From Vicugna vicugna (lineage: Eukaryota), in assembly GCA_013265495.1 (NCBI GenBank), contig MU058654.1:434001-498000 (forward strand): a DNA stretch of 64,000 nucleotides. The letters run 5' to 3'. Within the stretch, counting starts at the first letter, position 1; every line of letters begins with the position of its first letter. The notes beneath the pieces are model-generated. The model was not told the DNA's origin and searched no databases. It saw only the letters and a program-made list of their open reading frames with translations. Positions 25,746-36,200 of this stretch are shown here, in pieces. A program made the position numbers and the translations under genes.

Positions 25746-28700
25746 TGTATATACTAAGCTGGGAACGGTTGGGTATGGCTTCGCACCAGGGGAGAAGGGT
25801 GCTGGTGCTGGAACGGTCTGAATGGGACCAAAGCAGGGCCATGGGACTCACCTTCATTCACATGCTCTCAGCCCGAGTCCACTGGAAAACGGCTTTGATT
25901 CTCTGGATTCAATTCATAAAGGGATTTTTTTTTTAAGTTGTTACCATTCACATTGTTTTCATGATGACTTTATTATTTAATGTAATTAGAACTCTTCCTG
26001 AGCCATCAAATATTTGCGAGGAGGTGTTTTGTGAAATCAGTTACAGAGCCAAGGAGCACGTGGCCATCTCCGTTGGAGCAGACTCCGGTGGGGGACAGGG
26101 ACAGGGAGAGTAATGGGCAGTCGTGTAGAATGAGTGATGTTTGGTCACAGATGAGCTTTTCCTATTGAGTCTGCATGCACCACGGATCTAATTATATTTA
26201 CCTAAGACCCTTCATTGTTACTTATCTCACATGTCTTGATTTCACATCTGCCTGCTCGGTTTTAGTAATGGAATTGCATCTGCTGTTAGTTTATCTGCAG
26301 GAAACACTGCCCTTGCTCTGCCCATGCTGTCCTCATCACAACCGCATTCCGTGTCTATAAACCATGCAAGAAGAAGGCAGGGCCTTTCTGCTGTTCAGAA
26401 CAAGGTCTCTTTAGCAAAAGAGTCCTTGTGCCCTTAGGTTGACTCCAGTTTCTCCATCAAAATGGAGAATCAAATAAAACTTCGCCGCAGTATTTTTGTC
26501 TTTGGTTGTGTTCTCTTTGTTTTCCTGTCCTTAGCTGCCATCTTCTATGTGCTTTCTCTCTTCCAATTTTCCTCAAGTTAAAAAAAAAAAAAACTCTTTT
26601 TCAGTTATTTCTTCTGCAGCTGCCACAGATCATTTTTGGAAGAAGACGGAGGGTCAGTTTAGGCCTGCGGATAGACAGAGTGTTCCAGAACAGTGCTCAC
26701 CATTTCCAGAAAAGCATCCCTGACTCACAGAGGAGCACGGCGTGTCAACTGTGCGTGTACCACGATGGTAGGAAGCCCCGCTGGTAGGGGGCACCATCTG
26801 ATCTCATTACTTATTCAAATAAATTCATCTTCTTCCTTTCCTCCTTTCTCATCCATTCTTATCCTTTCCTTCCTTCCTTTCTCTTTTCCCTTTAACTCTG
26901 ACATTGAAGGTAGTGTAATGAAGACAGAGGGCCTTCGATCTGACCTTGGCCCTGCCACTTACCGGCTGTGGAATCCACTGGAATGAAGCAAGCTACTTCA
27001 TCTTTCTGAACCTCAGTCTCCAATCTGTAAGCTGGGACCTTATTCACAGAGTTATTGTGAGGCTGAATGCAATTACCTACGCTGAGCATCTAGACTGGAT
27101 TTCAGTGGGTGTTCAATAAAGGTGAGGCCCTTCTCCTTCCTCCAGATCTTTGCTTGGTAAACTTTATTTCTAATTGGGAAACAGGAACTCAGACAGCAAA
27201 CACATTTCAAATGTTAGCAACTGTATCTGTGCAATCCCCAAATTCAGATCTAGATATGAAAAAAAAAAGATCTAGGTACAGATGAACACAAACTAAATTT
27301 ACAAGATAAATATATCTGGGCAAAAACAAGATGAATGGGGGCACTGTACAAAAACAAAGGAGGGTGTGTAGTGATTTAATGACCTTTATAAGACCAGAAG
27401 GACAAGGAAAGAGAAATTCTGGTGCTGGGCAACATGAAGTCAGCATATTACAACCTTCCTCCCAGGGATTACAAATAAAACTCTGATGATGATGAAAATA
27501 ATAAGAATAATAGTAACTATCTGAGCACTAATAATAACAAGTAGCTTGGGGAGGAAACTCAAAACTTGAAAAGTAAACAATATTCAAGAATGAATTTTAT
27601 GGAGGGTTTCCTTTTACCTCCTGGCTTGAAACCAGGGGTGGCCCCAGTGTGGAACTATACAGCAGACACAGGCAGCAAAAAAATCACTGAGAACCCTTAT
27701 TTTTGGGTCAGAGAACAAAGAAAAGGTATTCCCACAGCAGAAAAGTATGGGCAAAAATCCCTGTGTACCTGTGGTCTCAGGTACACTTTGACTTTGGAAT
27801 AATCATAGGTTTAGAGAAAACCTGTAAAGATGGTATAGAGTTCTCAAGCCCCCCAACCCAGTTTCCCCCAGTGTTAACATCCCAGCATAAACATGTTCCA
27901 TTTTTAAAAACAAAGAAACCAGGAATGGTAGTTTACTATTTTACTAAACTCCAGACTTCATTTGGATTCACCAGTTTTTCCACTGATGTCCTTTTACTGG
28001 CGTCTGATGAACCGTCGCTAAGAGTGCCTACCACTGGACTTATTGAGGAAATAAGAAATATTCTTGTTGTTTAAACCACTGCTGTTCATGCATTCTGATA
28101 CCTGTGTTCATTAACTGACAAATGAGCAGAGTCTGGTCCTTCTTAGCACAGAATGTCATATGTGCAATTCTGCCCTCTGGACACTGTTATGACCACTGTC
28201 CTTTTCCTCCCAGCCACTTCATCTGATGAAAAAGAAGGTCTGCCTCTAGAGGATTAATTGCAGAACCAATAATACTGCATGAGTTGGGATTCCTTCAATC
28301 AGCCAACAAACTCTTACTGAGTGCTTATTGTGTACTGAGCTCTATGTTAGGTACCAGAGGGACAACAATAATGAGAAAAATCCCCTGTTTTAAGTGGAAG
28401 TGATGGACAACATACAAGTAAGTATATAAAGTCAGGTTGTGTTATGAAGAAAAGCGGCAGAGTAAGCATGTTGGGCGGCTAGACTAGATAAACCGAATAA
28501 CAGCTGTTTCAGAAGTTCATGCAGAGGTGGACTTGTGGCCTTTTCCATGTTCTTTAAGGAGGTGATAAGGAAACGTGTGTCTTGTAAAGCCTTATTAATA
28601 ATCTAAACTTAGAGCTGAAAATCAACGTTTAGTTTGGGATTATTTTAAAACATAAAGGAAACAGCTACATCAGGAAAGATTTTTAAACCTCAATATGAGA

Positions 28701-29479
28701 TTGACCAATCCATGACGGCTCACAAACTTGGTATCTTTACAAGGGAAGAACTTAAAAGGGTTGATAGCCAGATAGTGGCAGCGATGCTAGATGATTCAAA
28801 ATTTTTCAGAATAGAGAAGGAATGAAGGATTAAAGAACAAAATTAAAACGAGGACAGAGAAAGGAGCTGTAGGCGTGGAGAAGTCATCACGGCAGCAATT
28901 TTCGCGGCCTATGACACCAAGGTCAGGAAATCCCTTTGGGTGGGGTAGAAACTTGGGTGGCAGGTGTTTAGAAACAACCTGACTGATGATCTTATTTAGA
29001 GCAGGAAGAATGACCGTTCCAGCCATTCCCAGTTTAGAGAGGCTGCCAGCCGAGGCCGAGCCGGGCAGCAGAACTCCTTAGGGTCGCTCCAGCTTGAGAA
29101 TCACAGCCTCATTCTTCCCGTCTGAGGCTCGCTCTTAGGCTGGGAATTCAGAAACCCAGGAGAAGCAGGGCTCAGGAACTTGGGGATTAGCAGATGCCAA
29201 GTTGTCCATTAAGGTTCCATGGCGGCCGGCCTCCCAAATCTCACAAGGAAATACTACTGAGTTCCTTTTCCCAGGGCATCTACTTCCTCTCGAGTATTGC
29301 AGATATAATCGTAAACACAAGCCAATTGTAGCCATAAGCTCACGTTCTAGTGCAATCCCCTGTGACTCCGGCAAACAGTCCCCACCCTGCGAGAAACCCC
29401 GCCCCCGTTCGTAACCATAGGAACGGCCGAAACGCCAAGAGCCGGAGATTCCCGGTTCCGCACTCCCTAGCTAATATTG

Positions 29480-29780
29480 TTTCCCACTATCTGTCCACAT
29501 GGGCGCACCACCTCACTATTGGTCAGTGCCCCAGGACTGTGCCTTGCCCTAACCAATAAGCGGCCTGTGCACGTGCATACCTGCGTAACCTGATTGGTCA
29601 TCACTCTCTGATCACGCACTGCCTTCCTGCGCCAGCCCCTTAGCGGGGGCGCCAATGAAATGACTCAGTAGCCATTTATAGCCAATCAGCACGCCGCGGG
29701 GTTCAGAGCCAGCCTATGGGCGCGCGCCGGGGGTGGGCTGTCCCGGCCCCTTTCCATTCCTGGCTGGGTTTGTTAAAGCG
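29480..29780 (+). promoter_or_regulatory. ARRDC4 proximal promoter: five CCAAT/ATTGG boxes, E-box, AP-1 site
   Basis: ATTGG 29518 and 29593; CCAAT 29553, 29652 and 29682; CACGTG 29570-29575; TGACTCA 29661-29667. Confidence 0.75.
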
Positions 29781-29939
29781 ACAGGCCCTAAGGCGCGCCG
29801 GGGCTCCACCGGGCACCGCACAGCGGCCGCTGGGGCCCTCGGCGTGCGGCTGGCGCCCGTGACATCGGCGCCACTCTGCTCGCGACCCCGGCTCCGGGCC
29901 GCTGCCGACCTCCTTGGCGCGGCCGTGTCGTCCGGCAGG

Positions 29940-30228
29940 ATGGGCGGCGAGGCGGGGTCCGCGGCGGTGATGGGTTCCGAGGGCCGTGTGAAGAGCCTGG
30001 GTCTGGTGTTCGAGGACGAGCGCAAGAGCTGCTATTCGAGCGGCGAGACGGTGGCAGGGCACGTGCTGCTGGAGGCGGCCGAGCCGGTGACCCTGCGCGC
30101 GCTGCGCCTGGAGGCTCACGGCCGCGCCACGGCCGCCTGGGGCCCGATCGCGGGCACCGCGGCCCCGGCTGCCTCCTCGGAGGTGGAGTACCTGAACGTG
30201 CGCCTGAGCCTGCGCGAGCCCCCGGCTG
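29940..30228 (+). CDS. ARRDC4: ARRDC4 coding exon 1 (start of arrestin N-domain)
   Basis: Strong Kozak context aggATGg; ends ...REPPA-G|gtgagc, phase 1. Confidence 0.96.
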
Positions 30229-33200
30229 GTGAGCGCGGGCCGCGGCCTGGGAGGGGGGCGGGCCGGACTGGGAGGGGGCGCGCCGGCGGATGCCCACCAG
30301 CCAGGTGGGCGGGGAACGGCTTCCGGGGTTGGGGTCCGCCCACCGGGTGGCCGGAGCCTGTTTGGTCGCCTTGACTGGTGGGCAACAATGCCTGCTCCCC
30401 TCACCTCACAGCACCGGGGCGGTGGTGCGCACCTCTGCCTGGTACCCCGCCCCTGGCTCGCTGGGGTCTGACGGCCGGCACCAGGGTCCTAGGACCATCT
30501 AGGACGGCTCTGGAAGCGAGCCGTTGCCATGGGAACCCGTGATGAGCAGTCAGGAATCAATAATCTGGGGATCTAGGTCCTGTCCCTTCTGGCGTAAGGA
30601 ACGGGGGACAGAACCGGATTCTATGAGGTTCCATTCTGGGGTGCCCAGTGTTTTATGAACCTCTCCTTCTCCCCATCCTGGACCTGGACCCTCGTGCTCG
30701 GTTCATGATGAGTTAGCAAAATCTCAATCTTTGGAAGAGGGAAGTAGCTGAACAATAGGAGTTCAAAGGAAGTACTTTTCGACTTGACCATCATACTTGG
30801 TTTCCCTCTTTGAGGAAGCAGGATAACTTAAGAGTTCTGCCTCTACCTTACATTCTTTGTGTTTATTTTTTGCTTCCTTTTGCATTCTCTTCTTCCTTCC
30901 CCTCCCACACCCCCATAGACCTTTGGTGACAGTAGGATCTGGGCCTTGTAAGAGTTTCTGGAGAAATGATTACTCTTCTTGCCCATTCCTGTAAAATCCA
31001 GTTAATAGTGTAGGCTTTTCCAGAAGTGCCCATGTGAAAACTCACCACATCAATGTTAGGTGCAACAATCATTTCCCTTAATCATGAAAATGCTATGAAC
31101 AGTGGCTCTTAGTCTTCTTTTGGTTGGTGGAGGCCACTTTAAACTGTTTTCCCCTTCTATTTCATCAGCTTCAGCATTTATCTTTAAAATGAGATCATGA
31201 TGGAGACACTCAGCCCTCGAAGAGTAAACTGCAGTGTATTGGTGTTTAACCCTTGCTGTGTCATGTACAAAATCACTAATGTGCAGTTTTGCCTTGTCCT
31301 GCTGTGGAGAGGTAGACTGATCACAGTTAAATCTTCAAGGTGTGTGAGAATCGAGTGATCCCAAAAATTGTAGTGAGGAAAGCATATAGGAACCAAAGTC
31401 CTCTTTTCGGGTTAACAAGTACGGTATGTTAGGTGGCAGTTCTGAGCTGCCTTATGCCCTTTCATCAGCATGGTTTCCAGGATCAACCCATGCATGCCTT
31501 CCCCATAGGTGAAGACAACACAGGTTTTCAAGATGGCTGACTGGAGTCAAGGGCAATGGAAGAGGGAACTAGATTGGCTTTTGTCCTGGACTCTGGACTC
31601 TCTGTATCTCTGTGTCCATGACTACTGAGTAAATAGATGTCAGGCTAATAGCAGTTGAACCTGGGATTCGCAATAAGAAATTGCCTTGGTAAAATCTGGA
31701 CTGTCATATAGTGTTTTGATTCACAAGTCAGATCTTGTTTTTTGTCATTCTGATGGAATAGAGTGGCTAACCCCAGACAACCTGAAAATCTTAGCTTGTT
31801 TTAGAATGTGCCGTTAAAAAAAATATCACTTCTAATATCTGTAGCTGGAAAGAGGTTAGCAACTTAAGTTGTAGATTCTTAGGTTTACTGAATCCCAAAA
31901 CCTAGATGAGTTTCAGTCACCTTAAGAGATGTGTAGAAATCCAGAATGTCGGGAAGTATGGCTATATGATTTATTTAAAAAAAAAAAACTGCCAGGTGAT
32001 GCTCTGGCATTGTGAATCTCATTCAGCTACTTGCTCTCCTTGTCATTGATTGTCTTCGTACTTCTGTTGAATCATTGTGGTAGAAAAGACAGGACACACC
32101 AGACAGCTGGTTTCACGTCTTGGTCCCACACCAGGAAGCTGACCTTATGTGAGTGCCTCATCCTTCCTGAGCCCCAGTCTCTGCCTCTGTAATGGCCTTC
32201 AGGCTCCCATGGCTCATGAGTATCCTGAATTATAAGCTTGGGCTGAAGGACCATTAGCGAATGAGACATCTTGTGACATTGTAGTTGTTATTGCATAAGG
32301 CAGAAGTAACACACCGTGGGAGCAGCAGCAGAAATGGGCACATGATCCAGCCTGTGGGCCTTTTGAATTTAAAATGAATAAATAATTTAGAAAGAAAGAA
32401 AGCAGAGATTAGATTCCCAATGCTATAACCCATATTTATCAACTTTATCAAAATTGGCTTTTTCCTGTTTGTTTTGAGGTGGTTAAAAGTCTCATTTTAA
32501 ATGTTCTGGTTCCTTTGCTGATTTGTTTTCTCTCTGAGTGGGGAGCTCCCTCTCTCTCTCATCCTCTGCTAGCATCCTGTGCAACTCTGTTCTCCACATT
32601 GGCCCTCCACGCCCTGGCTCACCCTGCATCTCAACCTCTTCTCACTGGTCTCCATGCCAGCCTTTACATCAGCAGCAGACGTGGTCCTCAAGGTGCTACC
32701 CGCCCTTCGGACTCCAGCACTCCATGGTCATGACTTGTGTACAAGAGTGTGTAGCCTTCTTTCCTCCCATGGTCTGCTTGGGGATTGAAATTACTGAGCC
32801 TTACATCAGCTTTGTGCCTGACTTTGAAGCTCTGTAAACTTTGAACACAAATGAAACACATATTCAGGAATCTAATGATTACAAATGAGCACTTTAGCCC
32901 ATCCCTCAGGAGCGCTGGAATTCCTTGAGCCTATTACTTGATAGCTGTAGTGTGAGTGGGGCTCCCCTGCCCGACTGTGCTGTGACGGTGCTGTGACACT
33001 GCTCTGTCGCTGCTGATGCTTAGCGGGCAGCTCTGGGCACACCTGGGCCGTGGGACTCGCTCTGGCATGTCATTTAACATGGTCCCACGTCCCTGTGATT
33101 TGTTCACTTTGCCTCCAGATACTCCACCTGTGGAGTATTTCTATTTGAATGACTTTAAGTGACAAATACTTTTAATGTTTTTTTATTTTCCTAACATATT

Positions 33201-36200
33201 ACGCATTGAAAATTGGAGATAAGTTTAAGAGAATTAATGGGCCTTACTGCATTCCTGAATGGTAACTGGATTGGTGAAGGTCTTCGGACTCTAGTATATA
33301 GGGGAAAAATGAGCACATTTCACTAGTGATTTTTTTAATAAATGGATACAGTAGAAATCTCCATTTTAGTATCAATTGACCAGGCGAATCTCAGAGAAAG
33401 TTCTCTCATATTAATAGTTTAATAGTTCTCAACTTGAATCTATGGACATCAAATGAAGGGAACATTTATAATTATCTCTGGAGAACCACCCAGCCAACCC
33501 GGACAGCCCTGGAGTTGGCTTTAACCTGCGTGATGCGGCATTTCCGGGTCCATCAGAGCTCCAGCAGTGCTTCTGGCCTTGCACAGTCTGTCCGCACCCT
33601 GCCTCTCGGCCTTCTCACCATCAGGGATAAGTGTCTTCATGAAACAAAGTGGAACTGGCTGACCCCAGAGCAGGAGGAAGGAGTCGAGGCCAGGCTTGGC
33701 AAAGCCCGCTCTCTGTTCCTAGTTAACCAGCATTCCCTGTTAGACAATGGAGCGTGAGTGTAGATACGTGACTCTTGCTTAATAACTTGCCCTGTTGGTT
33801 TGGCTATTTTAGTATTATGCTCAACAGTCATAATATTCCAAGTAAATTTTTCACTTCCTTTTCCATCACTGCCCAAAGAATTCGTAGTCTGACTTTTGTG
33901 GTATACCCAAAATAAATGTCTTTTTTTCTAAATTACTTTTAGGTCCAATTTAACATTGGCAGCTGACCTTAGTATAACAGGATGCTAACGTTCGTATCCT
34001 CCTGCTCATGTACAAGTGGGGCAAGCGAATGTTTATGTATGTACATGCACGTACACGTATATGTACAGAGAGCTCTGGCGCTTTATGGTAATTGCTTGTG
34101 TATTTGGTCTATTTGAAGATTGTTTGAAATTGATTAACTTGGTAAAAGATTCAAAATTTTAATTTTCAGAATCTCCGTTTAGTGTACTTTTTGAAGTATA
34201 CTCGGTTTTAGAGCCAAGAAAACCTCCTTTTAAAACAATGATTTAGGTTGTGCAAATCTTTGATGTAATACTAACCTTAGTTAAAATAACATGTATTCTT
34301 TCTTTCTTTTTTTTTTTTTTAGGTGAAGGCATCCTCTTACTACAGCCTGGAAAGCATGAATTCCCATTCAGCTTTCAACTTCCATCTGAGTGAGTGAAAC
34401 GATGTAACTTTGGGGGTTCTCTTTCCCGTCCACCAGTCGCACGGGCCCCCAGTCTCTTCCGACACTCAACCGTGCGTGTTTATCGCGCATAGCCCCCGAG
34501 GAGACCTGCCCTGTTTTTCTTTTAAACAAAACCAACACTTATAAGGGCTCTTCCCAGTTTTGTTTAACTGGAAAATAAACTTAGAAAGCAACCCGTTTGG
34601 TTGATTTCAGGCCTTTGGTGACATCTTTCACCGGGAAGTACGGAAGCATTCAGTACTGCGTGAGGGCGATTTTGGAACGACCCAAGGTGCCCGATCAGAG
34701 TGTCAAGCGGGAACTCCAGGTGATCAGTCGCATTGATGTCAACACACCAGCATTATTAGTAAGTTCCTCCTTCCTCTCCACCGTGCCATCTCCATTCAAC
34801 GAGCCCAGCGGTCGCCTGTCACTCCCCAGTGTAACCTTGTACCCCACAGGCATTCACTCTAAATACATGATTCTGAATTGGGCACATTACACATGGCGTG
34901 TGTTAATACCATTGATCGCGCCCCTGTTGTTCAGGGCTGCTTTTGCCAAAAAGTTACACGGGTCTGGAGATGCATTAATAAGGCTTGATAATAATAATGC
35001 ACACACCCAGAGTAGTCACTTTTACCAGAGCAGCCACACTCGGCGCTGTGGGTTCTAAACTCCCCCATAATAGCAGGTTGAGGAGCAGTAATTATGGAAG
35101 AGTATTAATCACGCGCAGCCTGTCATTGACGCTCAGGCCGTTCGGCTGTGTCCCCCTGCATTTATGTCATTTTCTAACATTAAGTAAGTGCCTGCAGCTG
35201 CTCTGGAGAGCCTTCCACCTCTCATTTCCTTGTGACAGATTTGGCCACATTAAAGCATTGAACTTCTAATAATCACCAGAAATACTGTAGGCTGATAAGA
35301 AAGACGAGGCTATAAGTAACAACAGAATAGGCAAGATGGGAGCTAATGAGCGAGATTCTTTTATCTAAACCCATATTATCAAAATAATATAAAATTATAC
35401 CTTGTGCTTTCATGATCGCCACGAGGACCTAATGGTTCTTCATTTAAATATGAATGAATGATTTTTTTTGTTCACTTCATAATTTGAACTTTCCATCATG
35501 ATACTGATGTTACAGAGATGTATGTTGAGTATTGGAGGTTTCTCATTCTAGCCAGTGTTTTTAAAGATTAAGGGGAAAAAAAAACAGGAGTTAAAAGTTG
35601 CTTAACTCTATTTTCACACAAAAATGAAACAGAATTGACTCTACTGTTCACCTTTAGATTATGGAGATGTAATAAATACGCCCTCGTTGCTTGGTCCCTG
35701 TGGCCAACATCATCCGCTAGCAGCACCCAGCTGCCCTGGCTCATAGCTCTGACTTACCACCTGCAGGACCTATTTTGGAAGTTGATGATTTTAATAACTG
35801 TCTTGTATTTTTAAAGACTACTTAGAATTGGGTGGTGGCCTCTCACTCCCTCCCCTTCTGAGATGGTCCGCACTCTGTCTATGGAGTGTGTATCTACTTT
35901 TACTGTAACCTGAGCACCCAGTTCCCCCCACACTTCATGGCCTTTCTCTTGGCTTCTGAGACATCCTGCACTGTCTACAGAGTATCTCACTAAGTAAATC
36001 TACTTTTACTCAAAAAAAAAAAATTGGTATGGCTAATTCTAAACTATTTATGGGGCCATTGTGGCAAATAACTTAAAGATATTTTATGTTTTGGCAAAAA
36101 GAGACACTGTTTGTCATCTACTATTCTTTTATAATTGAAAAGAAAAATTGCAGCTCTGGGTTTTATAATGAGCTTTTGGTTTATGTCTCTTGTAAACTGA

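Larger units (their letters stand above)
29040..30545. promoter_or_regulatory. CpG island over the ARRDC4 promoter, exon 1 and start of intron 1
   Basis: Very high GC and CpG density compared with the CpG-depleted flanks. Confidence 0.9.

Noticed and set aside
29661..29672. NRF2 antioxidant response element
   Set aside because: TGACTCAGT lacks the GC required by TGACnnnGC; kept only as an AP-1 site
29703..30404. Long antisense ORFs (233, 169 and 103 aa) over exon 1
   Set aside because: Arg/Pro/Ala/Gly-rich; expected from stop-codon scarcity in a CpG island; no recognisable protein
34759..35058. In-frame read-through of exon 3 into intron 3 (~99 extra codons)
   Set aside because: Consensus gtaagt donor at 34759, and the extension shows no protein-like features
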